This document shows positions 8,037 to 18,599 of a DNA stretch of 64,000 nucleotides, piece by piece (positions within the stretch are counted from its first letter, which is position 1; every line of letters starts with the position of its first letter). The DNA is taken from assembly GCA_963820525.1 (NCBI GenBank), contig CAWGAA010000001.1:32001-96000 (forward strand), read 5' to 3'. Source of the stretch: an uncultured Spirochaetota bacterium (GTDB lineage: Bacteria > Spirochaetota > Spirochaetia > SZUA-6 > Fen-1364). The translations under genes and the position numbers were made by a program. The notes beneath the pieces were generated by a model, which made no database searches, was not told the origin of the DNA, and saw nothing but the letters and a program-made list of their open reading frames with translations.

Positions 8037-10478
8037 TCACCCCAAGACAGCTTCCACGACGTGCCGTTTCCCGTCCCGGAAAGCGTCAATAGTATTCCCG
8101 TCGGCCCTTTTCCCGTCAATAGTAAGGGAAGAGAGGCCGCGGCAGACATGAGAGGGATTCTTCACTTCGATCTGGTACACGGCACCCCTGAACTCCCGCA
8201 CGGCGCGGAAGCCCGCCCAGGCGGAGGGGATGCACGGATCGAGCTTCAATCCCTGGTAGGTGGGCATGAGCCCGAGGATATGCTTTGTGGCGGCCTGGTA
8301 GACCCAGGAGGCAGTACCGGAAAGCCACGAGTTTCTCGCCAGGCCGAACTGGGGATGCTCGTCGGCCAGGATGTTCTGCGGGTAGACGTACGGCTCGCAT
8401 TCGTACTCGTCGATGATCTCGTTCTTGGCCGCCGGGTTGATCTGGCGGTAGTACTGGTAGGCGCGATCGCCGTTTCCCACGATCGTCTCCGCGATCATCA
8501 CCCACGGGTTGGTGTGGAGGAAGATGCCGCAGTTTTCCTTGGTTCCGGGAGGGAAGGTCGTGATTCCTCCCTTGGCGCGATCGAACCCATTGAAGCTCGG
8601 GGCCGAGAGCTTTATTCCCTTGGAGGTGTTGAGCAGCCGGGCCACGGATTCCAAGGCCGTTCGCGCCCTCTCCTCGGAGGCGAAGCCGCAGATGATCGGC
8701 CAGGATTGGGCGTTGATATAGATCTTGCCCTTCTGGCTCGTCCTGGATCCCAGGGGGGAGCCGTCCCAGTCGAAGTAGCGCACGTACCACTCGCCGTCCC
8801 AGGCGTGTTGGTTGAATCTGTCCTTCATCTCGGCGTGGCGCGCCCGGAGTGCGGAAGCGGACGCCGGGTCGCGCATGAAATCCGCAAGCTCGATCATCTC
8901 CAGAGCCGCCTTGCCGTACAGGCATGCCGTGAAAATCGACTCGGCGCCCGTGGCGAGGTTCACCGTGTCGTTCCAATCCGCGAAGCCCAGGAGGGGAAGC
9001 CCGTGCTTTCCCACGTTTCCCTGGGTGAAATCGAGGGCGCGGCGCATGTGATCCATCACCGTCGCGGTCTCCAGCGTCCGGCCCGCTTTGTCTTTTTCAT
9101 AGAACGGGATCCGCTCTTCGAGGAAAGCGAAATCGCCGGTCTCCTTCAGATAGGCGCAGACGGCAAGCACGATCCACAAATGGTCGTCGCTGTAGTATTG
9201 CGGCCTGTCCTCCCGCTCCTTGGCGTCGCCCACGGATGCCTCTCCGCTCAAGGGGTTGAACTGGTGATAGGCGGCGCCGCTTCTCTTTTGCACGCCCAGG
9301 AGCGCCCTGATGAGCTCCTTTGCCTCTCCCGGCGCGCTCGCCAGGACGCCCATGACGTCCTGGGAGGAGTCCCGGAATCCGATTCCGCGCTCCCCATACC
9401 CCAGCTGGTACAGCGAGAGGTAGCGCGACCAGTTCATCGTGATGTAGCACTGGCGCGGGTTGTGGATGTTGAGCATCCGGTCCGTGTCGGGGTCCGGAGT
9501 GGAAAAGCTCTGGCGTGAAAGGTACCCTTCCCAGAAGAGCGAAATGTCCGCGAGCGCCTCGTCCACAGCGCTTTCCCGCCAGAAGGCGCGGATTCCCGGG
9601 AGGGCCTTCTCCACGCTCTCAGCCTGGCCAAGCTGCACGATGAGTCTCTTTTCAACCCCCGAGGCCAGCTCTCCGAGGTGGTGGAGGAGGGCGGCGATGT
9701 TGTCTCCGCGACGGGCTTCGTAGTCGCCCAGCTCGTCCTCCTGGAGGCTCAGGGGATTTGCCCAGGTGCCGTACTCATTCGCGCCAAGGAACCGCTTGCG
9801 GTCCGTCTCGAAGGAGGAGGCGGGGAGGCTGGATGCGAGGAAATTGACCTGAGTGTCCCGGTTCATGAATGCGTACTGGCTGAGAACTTTGCGCCCGCCC
9901 TCGGCTTCAAAAAGGGTGCTCTGCATCGTCTGCGGCACCCAATCCGCGTTGGTGAGCTGTTTGAGGGCATCGAAATGCGAGTACTCCGCCACGGGGATTG
10001 CGTCCACGTCCGCCTTCTTCTTGCCGAGGTTTTTGACCCTGATGTCGAGGATGAGCCGATGCTCCCCGCGGGGCACGAAGAAGACCGCCTCCGTTCGCAG
10101 CCCCGAGTATTCGGAGACGATGCGGGTATACCCGAGCCCCACGTGGCACTCGAACAGATCGTACGGCTGAAGCGCGGGGACGAAGAAAGGCGAGATTACC
10201 CCATAGCCGTTTTCCCGGCGGACGCGCAGGTACAGCGTCGTGCCCTTGAAGTATCCGCTGGGCTCCAGGGCGAGGTAGCGGGTGATCCGGTTGAGTGCGG
10301 GATCGTCCCTGCAGATCAGAGCGCCGCCGGTGTGGTCGACCAGTCCGCCGAAGGCGCGGGTCCCCACATAGTTGATCCACTTCACGGGGGTGCGGGGATC
10401 CGTGATAACGTATTCTTTTCTGGCATCGTCAAACCGGCCGTAGCGAGCCAAGGCGGTCCTCGGGGTCCTCGATTTCAC
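8037..10478 (-). CDS. GH94 phosphorylase, cellodextrin-phosphorylase (CepB)-like
   Basis: [48 protein letters not shown] start overlaps upstream TGA. Subfamily assigned from remembered similarity. Confidence 0.85.
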   Translation of the reverse strand: MKSRTPRTALARYGRFDDARKEYVITDPRTPVKWINYVGTRAFGGLVDHTGGALICRDDPALNRITRYLALEPSGYFKGTTLYLRVRRENGYGVISPFFVPALQPYDLFECHVGLGYTRIVSEYSGLRTEAVFFVPRGEHRLILDIRVKNLGKKKADVDAIPVAEYSHFDALKQLTNADWVPQTMQSTLFEAEGGRKVLSQYAFMNRDTQVNFLASSLPASSFETDRKRFLGANEYGTWANPLSLQEDELGDYEARRGDNIAALLHHLGELASGVEKRLIVQLGQAESVEKALPGIRAFWRESAVDEALADISLFWEGYLSRQSFSTPDPDTDRMLNIHNPRQCYITMNWSRYLSLYQLGYGERGIGFRDSSQDVMGVLASAPGEAKELIRALLGVQKRSGAAYHQFNPLSGEASVGDAKEREDRPQYYSDDHLWIVLAVCAYLKETGDFAFLEERIPFYEKDKAGRTLETATVMDHMRRALDFTQGNVGKHGLPLLGFADWNDTVNLATGAESIFTACLYGKAALEMIELADFMRDPASASALRARHAEMKDRFNQHAWDGEWYVRYFDWDGSPLGSRTSQKGKIYINAQSWPIICGFASEERARTALESVARLLNTSKGIKLSAPSFNGFDRAKGGITTFPPGTKENCGIFLHTNPWVMIAETIVGNGDRAYQYYRQINPAAKNEIIDEYECEPYVYPQNILADEHPQFGLARNSWLSGTASWVYQAATKHILGLMPTYQGLKLDPCIPSAWAGFRAVREFRGAVYQIEVKNPSHVCRGLSSLTIDGKRADGNTIDAFRDGKRHVVEAVLG

Positions 10479-12907
10479 GCTTCGACCACGACCTGGCGCC
10501 CTGCGCCATTCGCCGCCGGCGGAACCACGCTGGAATCGAAAGGCTTTCCATCGACAACCAGCCTCTGGGCGGCAAGCGGTTTTCCCGTGTTCCTGACCGT
10601 GATCGTGTAGAGGCATCCGCGGAACGTGCGCTTGATTTCGGCCTCACCGATGTGCCTGGGGAGACAGGGCTCGATGCGCAGCCCGTCATAGTCGGGGCGT
10701 ACACCAAGGATCCACTGGGAAACGGCGACGAAGTTCCACGCGGCCGTCCCGGTGAGCCAGGAGTTCTTTGCCTCCCCTTTCCTCGGGGCCGCCTTGCCCG
10801 CCACCATCTGGGAGTAGACGTACGGCTCCATCCTGTGCAGCTCCTGGTCTTCCGCCTCGAGGTAGGCGGGAGAGATCTTGCTGTAGTATTCGAAAGCCCT
10901 CTCCGACCTTCCCCCAATGCATTCGGCGATCATTATCCAGGGATTGTTGTGGCAGAAGACCCCGCCGTTTTCCTTGTAGCCGGGCGGGTAGGAGGAAATC
11001 TCGCCGAGCTCGAGATGATAGTCGCGGTAAGGGGGGTCGAGGATCATGATGCCGTAGGGTGTGTCGAGGTGCTCCTTCACCGCGTCCAGGGCCTGGATGG
11101 GGTAGCCTGATTCCTTTCCGATGCCCGCCATGGCGCAGAAGCCGTTGGACTCGATATAGATTTTTCCATCCCGGCATTCACTGGAGCCGACTTTCTTTCC
11201 GTTGTCGTCGTAGGCGCGCAGGTACCACTTCCCGTCCCACCCGTGCTTCAGCACGGTCTGCCGCATCGCTTCGATGTGCCGCTCGGCTTCCGCGGCCTCC
11301 TGGGAATGGCCGGTCCTGCGGCACAGCTCCACGTACTCGGCCCCGATGAAGACGAACATGCCGGCGATCATGACGGATTCGGCCGTGCGCCCGTCACGGG
11401 CCGTGGCGGTCTGGAAGGAATCATTGGGGTCGGTGGAAAAGCAGTTCAGGTTGAGGCAGTCGTTCCAATCCGCGCGTCCGATCAGGGGAAGGCCATGAGG
11501 CCCCAGGTTGTTCACGACGTGGGAAAACGAGCGCTTCAGGTGCTCGAAGAGCGGCGCCGCCATCTCGGGGCGATGGTCGAAGGGGACCCGCTCGTCCAGG
11601 ATGGCCCAGTCTCCGGTTTCCTTGATGTAGGCGGAGGTGGAGAGGATGAGCCACAGCGGATCGTCGTTGAAATCCCCGCCGATGTCGGAATTGCCCTGCT
11701 TGGTGAGGGGCTGGAACTGATGGTAGGCCCCGCCGTCCTCGAACTGGGTGGCGGCCACGTCGAGTATGCGCTCCCGCACGCGGCTGGGGATCTGGTGCAT
11801 GCAGCCCAGGACGTCCTGGTTTGTGTCTCGAAACCCGATTCCCCGGCCGATGCCGCTCTCGAAGTAGCTGGCGCTCCTGGCCATGTTGAAGGTTGTCATG
11901 CACTGGTACTGGTTCCAGAGGCTCACCATGCGGTCGAGCTTCTCGTCGGAGCTCGAAACCGAGTAGCGGGAAAAAAGATCGTTCCAGTAGGCGGCAAGGC
12001 GTGCGAACTCAGCTTCCACCTTGGAGGTGGTATCGAAGCGCTCCATGAGCGCTCGTGCGCGGGACTTGTTGATGACGCCGGGAGAGCTCCATTTCTCCGC
12101 GTCGGGGTTCTCCACGTAGCCCAAAAGGAAGACGAAGCTGCGCTCCTCCCCCGGCTTCATAGTCGCGCTGATCTGGTGTGAGGCGATGGGAGACCAACCC
12201 GAGGCGATGCCGGAGCAAAGCTTGCCTTTCCGGACAGCTTCGGGCATTTGAAAGCTGCAGTAGCGTCCCGTGAAGCTTTCCCTGTCGGTTTCGAATCCGG
12301 CGATCGGCGCGTTCACCCAATAGAAGGAGTAGTGATCGCGCCGCTCGCGGTATTCGGTCTTGTGGAATATGGCGCCCCCTTCGACTTCGACCTCGCCGGT
12401 GGAGAAATTGCGCTGAAAGTTTGTCATGTCGTCCAGGGCGTTCCAGAGACAGAACTCGACGAATGAGAAAAGCTCCAGCCGCTTCGCCTTGCGCGAGAGA
12501 TTTCGCAGGGTGAGCAGCTGCACTTCGCAGCTGGCCCCCAGGGGCACGAAGAGAAGGAGATCCGCTTCTACGCCGTCCTTCCGGGAGACCAGGCGCGTGT
12601 AACCGGCCCCGTGGCGGCATTCATAGGAGTCGAGCTTGGTTTGCGTCGGCCGCCAGCCCGGGTTCCAGACCACGTCGCCGTCCTTGATGTAGAACCAGCG
12701 CCCGTTGGTGTCGAGGGGCACGTCGTTGTAGCGGTATCGGGTGAGCCTTCGAAAGCGCGCGTCCTTGTAGAAGGAATAGCCGCCGGCCGTATTGGAAACG
12801 AGGGAAAAGAACTCCTCGCTTCCGAGGTAGTTGATCCAGGGCCAGGGTGTGTCGGGCCTCGTGATGACATATTCCTTGCTCTGATCGTTGAAGTGCCCGT
12901 ATGCCAT
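10475..12907 (-). CDS. cbpA: cellobiose phosphorylase (GH94)
   Basis: [48 protein letters not shown]; start ATG 12907 (MAYGHF) behind GGAGG. Confidence 0.9.
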   Translation of the reverse strand: MAYGHFNDQSKEYVITRPDTPWPWINYLGSEEFFSLVSNTAGGYSFYKDARFRRLTRYRYNDVPLDTNGRWFYIKDGDVVWNPGWRPTQTKLDSYECRHGAGYTRLVSRKDGVEADLLLFVPLGASCEVQLLTLRNLSRKAKRLELFSFVEFCLWNALDDMTNFQRNFSTGEVEVEGGAIFHKTEYRERRDHYSFYWVNAPIAGFETDRESFTGRYCSFQMPEAVRKGKLCSGIASGWSPIASHQISATMKPGEERSFVFLLGYVENPDAEKWSSPGVINKSRARALMERFDTTSKVEAEFARLAAYWNDLFSRYSVSSSDEKLDRMVSLWNQYQCMTTFNMARSASYFESGIGRGIGFRDTNQDVLGCMHQIPSRVRERILDVAATQFEDGGAYHQFQPLTKQGNSDIGGDFNDDPLWLILSTSAYIKETGDWAILDERVPFDHRPEMAAPLFEHLKRSFSHVVNNLGPHGLPLIGRADWNDCLNLNCFSTDPNDSFQTATARDGRTAESVMIAGMFVFIGAEYVELCRRTGHSQEAAEAERHIEAMRQTVLKHGWDGKWYLRAYDDNGKKVGSSECRDGKIYIESNGFCAMAGIGKESGYPIQALDAVKEHLDTPYGIMILDPPYRDYHLELGEISSYPPGYKENGGVFCHNNPWIMIAECIGGRSERAFEYYSKISPAYLEAEDQELHRMEPYVYSQMVAGKAAPRKGEAKNSWLTGTAAWNFVAVSQWILGVRPDYDGLRIEPCLPRHIGEAEIKRTFRGCLYTITVRNTGKPLAAQRLVVDGKPFDSSVVPPAANGAGRQVVVEA

Positions 12908-12947
12908 TCCTTCCTCCGGGATGAGCGGGCTCGTGCGCCCGAAAATC

Positions 12948-12975
12948 GCGGGCAGCCCCGCTTGGGGCTGCCCGC
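12948..12975 (-). promoter_or_regulatory. intra-operon stem-loop after solute-binding protein gene
   Basis: Perfect 12-bp GCGGGCAGCCCC/GGGGCTGCCCGC with 4-nt loop; only weak U-run on - strand. Confidence 0.7.
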
Positions 12976-13008
12976 ATTCGTTCTCGTTACAGAGAGCTTT
13001 CTCTTGAA

Positions 13009-14469
13009 CTACTTCTTTGTCTTTGCGGTCCAGGCGTCGTACTGCTTCTGGACTTCGGCGATGATCTTGTCGACTCCGGCGTCCTTGAACTTGGCCACTG
13101 CATCGGGGATGACCTTGTCGGGATCCACGGTGCCGGTCTCGAGGGGAGGAGTGAACTCCTTCCACACGCTCTTGGCCTGCGCGACTTCGGTCTTCACAGG
13201 GGTGGCGTCGAAGGAGAATCCAAGATCCTTGAGGGGCAGGGCGGCCTTGTTGTAGGCATCGAACTTGGCCCACTTCTTGGGGTCCTCATTGGAGTAGAGG
13301 TAGTTGATGAACTGGTTGCCGAACGCCCATTGAGTTCCCGGGTTGTACTTGTCCACCGCGGGGCCGGCCTTGACGACGTCGCCTTCGAGCTTCACGTAGT
13401 GGGTTCCCTCAATGCCGTAGTTGATCAGGTTGTTGAGGTACTTGTCGGTGTTGAAGAGCTCGAGGAACGCCATGGCCATCTCGGGGTGCTTGGAGGTGCG
13501 GGAGATCGCCTGCATGGAGCCGGTGGTCTCGCGGTTCGACATGACCGGCGGGGTGATCTCGACCTGGAGCCAGGGATGTCCGGTGGAGTTCGTCATCTCG
13601 GCGTCTTTGCCCGGCTTCAGGGACTTGGTGGCGGCGAAGATGAGGCCCGCCTTCTCGTCCGCGTTGAAGTCGGTGACGGTGGCCGCGTCCTTGCGGATGT
13701 AGCCGGCGTTGTAGAACTTGTTGACGACCTTGAACAGGGCCTTGGTCTCGGGAGCCTCAAACTCGTTGACGACCTTGTTGGACCTGTTGTCGGGATACAG
13801 GGAGACGGGAACATCGTCCGAAACCATCTTGTCCCAGTCCAGGAGGAAGCGGGGCGACTCGCCCACGCACGCCTCGAGGGGATACATGCCGGGCTCGCCC
13901 GCCTTGATCTGAGCCAGGAACGGGTCGAGGTCCGCGAGGGACTTAATCTTGGAGATGTCCATGTTGTACTTCTTCACCAGGTCGCTTCTGAGGATGAAGC
14001 CCCAGTTGTGGGCCTTTTCCTTGTTGGCGGGGATGGCGAAGTTCACCCCGTCGATGGCGGACCCGGCCAGGAAGTCGGCTCCCAGGAGCGCCTTGGTCTT
14101 GGGCGCGTACTTGGTGAGCAGGTCATTCAGGGGCAGGTACGCTCCGCGAGCCGCGTTGTTGGCGTAGTTGTTGACCCACACCGCGGTGAAGCAGATGTCG
14201 AACGACTCGCCGCCGGCGATCATTGTCTGCAACTTCTGGTCGTAGGAACCCCAGTCGAAGCAGGTGATTTTGATCGAGGCGTTGAGGCCCTTGCTCTGGA
14301 TGTACTTGGTCGCCGCTTCATCGATTTTGGCCTGATCCGCCTGAGGGCCGTTTCCGATCATGTACCAAGTAATCTGGACCGGCTTTCCTTCCTTCTGCCC
14401 TGTTGCTACCGCCGTCAGGGTGACGGCCAGGAGCAATGCGGCAGCCATGAGAAAGATCCTTCTCCACAT
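13009..14469 (-). CDS. carbohydrate ABC transporter solute-binding protein
   Basis: Signal peptide ending in spirochaete-type ..[18 protein letters not shown]-terminal [25 protein letters not shown] before ATG 14469. Confidence 0.92.
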   Translation of the reverse strand: MWRRIFLMAAALLLAVTLTAVATGQKEGKPVQITWYMIGNGPQADQAKIDEAATKYIQSKGLNASIKITCFDWGSYDQKLQTMIAGGESFDICFTAVWVNNYANNAARGAYLPLNDLLTKYAPKTKALLGADFLAGSAIDGVNFAIPANKEKAHNWGFILRSDLVKKYNMDISKIKSLADLDPFLAQIKAGEPGMYPLEACVGESPRFLLDWDKMVSDDVPVSLYPDNRSNKVVNEFEAPETKALFKVVNKFYNAGYIRKDAATVTDFNADEKAGLIFAATKSLKPGKDAEMTNSTGHPWLQVEITPPVMSNRETTGSMQAISRTSKHPEMAMAFLELFNTDKYLNNLINYGIEGTHYVKLEGDVVKAGPAVDKYNPGTQWAFGNQFINYLYSNEDPKKWAKFDAYNKAALPLKDLGFSFDATPVKTEVAQAKSVWKEFTPPLETGTVDPDKVIPDAVAKFKDAGVDKIIAEVQKQYDAWTAKTKK

Positions 14470-14499
14470 ACTCTGAACCTCCTTCAAAGATTCTCTCCC

Positions 14500-15525
14500 T
14501 CAACGAGGGATTTTCTCCCAATGTGAAACGCGCCCGCAGGATTCTCGCACCATGAGCTTCGGAGGAAGCACCGTATTCTTCTCCTGGGGCTCGGCGCCGT
14601 CCATGAGGGCGAACAGGATGTCGACCGCGGTTTTCCCCAGCTCCTCGATGGGCTGGCTGACCGCGGTGACGGGTGGAATGAGGTGCTCGAAAAAAGGATG
14701 ATCGTCAAAAGACACCATCGAGAGATCCTTCGGGATCTCTCTGCCCAATTGCGCGCACGCTTTCAAGGTGCCGATGACGAGGTCACCGGCGCCGACGAAG
14801 AGCGCCGTGAGGGAGGGGTTTTCCGAGAGGATGGCGGTCACGCTCTTGATGGCGTCTTCCGCCTGGTAGGAGCAGTAGTGCACCTGTGAGGAGTCAAGCC
14901 CATGAGCGCCGAGCGCCTGCTGGAAGCCCCGCACCCTGTCCTGGATGTAGGGGTAGCGCGCCGGGCCGGCGAGCATCGCGATCGAGGTGTGTCCCGAGGC
15001 AATGATGTGCTCTACCGCCATGCGGGCCCCGCCTTCGTTGTCCACGTCGATGGAGCAGGGGGAGATCCCGGGGCTCTTGCCCACGATCACGAAGGGAAGG
15101 CCTTTCAGGAGCAGCTCCGCCAAGTGCTTCTCCCCGAACTGCTCTGCTCCGATGATCGCCCCGTCAATCCTGCGGCCTTTGAGGATGGAATGGAAAGCCG
15201 AATCCACGTCGTTCTCCTCCCGCGCCGTGGAGAGAAGCACGTTGATTCCCCTCAGGGCTGCCTGCTCTGTGATCGTGGTGAGAAGGACGGGCCAGAAGGT
15301 GCTCATCATTGAATAGCGGCCGGTGTGCGGGATGATGAACCCCAGGGTATGGGTTCGCCGCGCGGCCAGACCGCGCGCTGCGGCATTGGGGTGGAAATCG
15401 AGCGATTTGATCAGCTTCATTACGCGGTGGCGGGTATCAGCTCCTACACCGGGCACGCCGTTGATGACTCGGGAAACGGTTCCTTTCGATACGTGCGCCA
15501 TTTCGGCGATATCTTTGATCGTCAT
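14500..15525 (-). CDS. LacI family transcriptional regulator
   Basis: HTH TIKDIAEMAHVSKGTVSRVIN, FHPNAAARGL, IPKDLSMVSFDD. Confidence 0.96.
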   Translation of the reverse strand: MTIKDIAEMAHVSKGTVSRVINGVPGVGADTRHRVMKLIKSLDFHPNAAARGLAARRTHTLGFIIPHTGRYSMMSTFWPVLLTTITEQAALRGINVLLSTAREENDVDSAFHSILKGRRIDGAIIGAEQFGEKHLAELLLKGLPFVIVGKSPGISPCSIDVDNEGGARMAVEHIIASGHTSIAMLAGPARYPYIQDRVRGFQQALGAHGLDSSQVHYCSYQAEDAIKSVTAILSENPSLTALFVGAGDLVIGTLKACAQLGREIPKDLSMVSFDDHPFFEHLIPPVTAVSQPIEELGKTAVDILFALMDGAEPQEKNTVLPPKLMVRESCGRVSHWEKIPR

Positions 15526-15549
15526 TTCTCTGAATCACCTTTGGATTCT

Positions 15550-15561
15550 AAACCGGTTTCG
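15550..15561. promoter_or_regulatory. LacI-type operator 1
   Basis: Palindrome AAACCGGTTT(CG) in lacI leader. Confidence 0.75.
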
Positions 15562-15627
15562 CTAAAGGTTGGCATAAAAAATGAATACCTATATAGAATC
15601 AATAAAATTGCCCTTGCATTCATAACA

Positions 15628-15639
15628 AAACCGGTTTCG
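15628..15639. promoter_or_regulatory. LacI-type operator 2, overlapping predicted TSS
   Basis: Identical AAACCGGTTTCG, 78 bp from operator 1. Confidence 0.75.
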
Positions 15640-15641
15640 TG

Positions 15642-15670
15642 ATTGTGTAACACATTTGCTGATTTGTCAA
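15642..15670 (-). promoter_or_regulatory. sigma70 promoter of cellobiose operon
   Basis: TTGACA (15670-15665), 17 bp, CACAAT (15647-15642) in an AT-rich region. Confidence 0.65.
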
Positions 15671-15915
15671 GAGAAATTTATCAAGCAATAAAACCCCTGA
15701 AAAATAAGGAAAAAAAGGGCATAATCCCTGGATCGGTAACTCCGCGCCAGATAGGGGATCTGTGCTGTGGATGTTACGAAACCGGTCGCTCAACCTCAAT
15801 TTTGGGTTAATTTCTTGTATTAGTGGATTTTACATGCGCCGCCTAAACCAGTTTTGGCAAGGCCTTTCCTTGTCACGGGGCGAGCCGCCCCCGTTGCCCG
15901 TGAACTTAAGGCCTT

Positions 15916-16692
15916 TCAGCGGGAGGCTGATTGGCGTTCCGCGGGGTCCTGCCTGTAGAATTGCGCCAGGAGCCTGTAGACCTCGCCGTATTCCGAGCGG
16001 AGGGTCCGGGGCCGCTCGAAGAAGTACTCGCTGGACACCGCGAAGAACTCCGAGTCGCTCTCCACGGCATATGCGTCGATCTTCGGCCGCTTCCTGCCGC
16101 TCTTTGCCCTGCGGCTGAGATCCCTGAAAGCCGCGGAAAAAACCTCGCGCCACTCCTCGGGGCTCATCCCCTCATGCAGGAGAGGCCTGCCGTTGATGGT
16201 CCCATCGAGGAGATCGAGCCGATGCGCCGCCTCGTGGATCACGACATTGTAGCCGTCACCCCATCCCGATGCTTCGACATCCTGCCACGAGAGGAGGACC
16301 GGCCCGAAATCCCAGGATTCCCCGCTCTTGTCCTCCTCCCACTCGTGGGCCACGCCCGCCCTGTCGTATTCCTGATGTTCCTCGACGAAAACGTCAGGGA
16401 CGACGACGATCGTCTTCCAATTGTCGTACCATTCGAGGCCGAGATGGAGGATGGGAAGGCTTGCCTGGAGCGATATCACGGTGCGCATGAAATCGGTGAG
16501 CTCCAGGCCGTCGGCCCCTTCGAAGACCTTCTCATGGAGGAACACCGTGGTGAGCTCGCGCAGGGTCGCGAGCTCTTCGTTGGAAAGGCCCCGGAGGATG
16601 GGGTGCTCATCAAAGAGCTGCCCCCACGCCTCGTCCGGGAGAAGACCTCCCTTGAGAATGAGGCTGCGGCGGATGCTTCGGAGGATCCCCAT
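15916..16692 (-). CDS. mtfA: MtfA / M90 zinc-dependent peptidase
   Basis: FLHEKVFEG, SGESW..GPVLLSW, NVVIHEAAH, DAYAVES.SEFFAV.SEYFFE. Confidence 0.88.
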   Translation of the reverse strand: MGILRSIRRSLILKGGLLPDEAWGQLFDEHPILRGLSNEELATLRELTTVFLHEKVFEGADGLELTDFMRTVISLQASLPILHLGLEWYDNWKTIVVVPDVFVEEHQEYDRAGVAHEWEEDKSGESWDFGPVLLSWQDVEASGWGDGYNVVIHEAAHRLDLLDGTINGRPLLHEGMSPEEWREVFSAAFRDLSRRAKSGRKRPKIDAYAVESDSEFFAVSSEYFFERPRTLRSEYGEVYRLLAQFYRQDPAERQSASR

Positions 16693-16719
16693 GGGGAGAA
16701 TCTACCATAAAGCGGGGGA

Positions 16720-17490
16720 TTAGGCGCTTTTTTCTCGCCCCGCCGGGCTGCCGCGGAGCTCGACGATCCGCTGGACGGAGGAGAATGCAGAGTCGAGAAC
16801 CAGGGCGAGCAGCCCCGCGGAAAGCGCTCCCTCGATGAGATATGCGGGGTTCTGGTTGACAAGGCCGGAAATGATGGGCGCACCCAGGCCGCCCGCTCCG
16901 ATCGTCGCCCCGATGGTTGCCGTTCCCACGTTGACGATGACTGAAGTGCGCACCCCCGCGAGGATGACGGGAGCCGCGAGAGGGAGTTCCACCTTTCGGA
17001 GAATCTGAAGCTGCGTCATGCCCATTCCCCGGGCTGCCTCGATCGAATCGGGGGCCACGGAGGAGATTCCGCCGATGGTGTTCCTCAGAATGGGCAGAAT
17101 GCTGTAGAGAAAGAGGGCGGCGATGGTCGGAGCAAAGCCGAAGCCGAGGATGGGAACCGAAAGGGCGAGCACGGCGGCGGGAGGAAACGTCTGGCCGATG
17201 GCGGCAAGCTTCTCGGAAACGGGCATGAGGTCTCTCCCTCCGGGGCGTGTCACGGCGATCCCCGCTCCCAGCCCGACGATGCATGCGAGGAGGCTGGAGA
17301 CTCCCACCAGCAGGAGGTGCTCGCCGACGATGTACGAGGGATTCGCCCGCGGGTAGAGAAGGTCGGCCCGGCCGGGGAAGAGAAGCCCCAGGCCCCATTT
17401 CCAGGGGGCGGTGCTCATGGACAAAAACAGAAAGATCCCCCCGAGGACGATGAAACCGATCCACGGAGGGGCAATTCTCCTCGCTCTCAC
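16720..17490 (-). CDS. osmoprotectant ABC transporter permease (YehW-like)
   Basis: GQTFPPAAVLAL, EAARGMGM, IGAGGLG. Confidence 0.9.
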   Translation of the reverse strand: MRARRIAPPWIGFIVLGGIFLFLSMSTAPWKWGLGLLFPGRADLLYPRANPSYIVGEHLLLVGVSSLLACIVGLGAGIAVTRPGGRDLMPVSEKLAAIGQTFPPAAVLALSVPILGFGFAPTIAALFLYSILPILRNTIGGISSVAPDSIEAARGMGMTQLQILRKVELPLAAPVILAGVRTSVIVNVGTATIGATIGAGGLGAPIISGLVNQNPAYLIEGALSAGLLALVLDSAFSSVQRIVELRGSPAGREKSA

Positions 17491-18599
17491 CGGCCTCGCT
17501 CCGTCTCGCGCAAAAGGCGTCCGTCGGCGGCCCCTTCCACGTCGCTCAGGCTGATCTCCCCCTCCAAAGTGAAATCCCGGTCCACGACGGGGATGGTGCG
17601 AGCGCTTGCTCCGATCATGAAGGACAGCGCTTCCTTCAGCGAGCAGTCCGGGTTCACCGCCATCTCCCGTATGTTGTCCGTGATGATGGAGCCGCGGGGA
17701 TCTCCTCCCCGCTGAAGGGCTTGCGAGTCGAGGCTGCCAAGGAGCTTGCCATCGCGGTCCGTCACCCAGAGATACCGGGAAGGGGATGGGGCGGATTTCC
17801 GGCCCAGCTCGTCGATGCGCGCGCTCGAGGCCGGCCTCATGAAATCCTTGACGGAGAAGCGGGAGAGCCTCTTCAGGGCGCGGTCGGCGCCGACAAATCC
17901 TGCCACAAAGTGGTCCGCGGGGCTCTCCAGGATCTCCTCGGGCCTGCCGTACTGCACCAGCGTGCCCCCCCGCACAACAGCTATCCGATCCGCCAGCCTG
18001 ATCGCCTCATCCACGTCGTGGGTCACGAATACCACGGTCTTCTTCAGCTCTCTCTGGATCGAGAGAAACTCGTTTTGAAGCCGCAGCCTGTTCACCGGAT
18101 CCACGGCGCTGAAGGGCTCGTCCATGAGGATCACGGGAGGATCCGAGGCGAGTGCCCGCGCCACACCGACGCGCTGCGCCTCTCCCCCCGAAAGCTCGTT
18201 GGGGTAGCGCAGCCGATAGCGCGCCGGATCGAGGCCCACCAGGGCGAGCATCTCCTCGACTCTCGAGTTGATCCTTGCCCGTCCCCAGCGCAGGAGCTCG
18301 GGGACCACCGCTATGTTGGAGAACACCGTCATGTGGGGGAAGAGCCCGACGCTCTGGATCACGTACCCGATGCCGCGGCGAAGCTCCTCGGGGCGGAGTC
18401 CGCTCACATCCCTTCCGTCCAGGGTGACCCTGCCCGCGCTCGGCTCGATGAGGCGGTTGATCATGCGCAGCATCGTCGACTTTCCGCTTCCCGAAGGCCC
18501 CACCAGGACACAGAGCTCGTGGTCGAAGATCTCCAGATCTAGGCCGTCAACCGCGATCAGCTCTCCGAAGAGCCGGGAGACATTTTCAAACCTTATCAT
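17487..18599 (-). CDS. osmoprotectant ABC transporter ATPase with CBS-like tail (YehX/OpuCA-like)
   Basis: GPSGSGKS, LSGGEAQRVG, LMDEPFSAVD, VTHD. Confidence 0.93.
   Translation of the reverse strand: MIRFENVSRLFGELIAVDGLDLEIFDHELCVLVGPSGSGKSTMLRMINRLIEPSAGRVTLDGRDVSGLRPEELRRGIGYVIQSVGLFPHMTVFSNIAVVPELLRWGRARINSRVEEMLALVGLDPARYRLRYPNELSGGEAQRVGVARALASDPPVILMDEPFSAVDPVNRLRLQNEFLSIQRELKKTVVFVTHDVDEAIRLADRIAVVRGGTLVQYGRPEEILESPADHFVAGFVGADRALKRLSRFSVKDFMRPASSARIDELGRKSAPSPSRYLWVTDRDGKLLGSLDSQALQRGGDPRGSIITDNIREMAVNPDCSLKEALSFMIGASARTIPVVDRDFTLEGEISLSDVEGAADGRLLRETERGR

Noticed and set aside
12908..13273. N-terminal extension of cellobiose phosphorylase in the ORF track
   Set aside because: Overlaps the SBP gene; the GH94 N-terminus and SD are at 12907.
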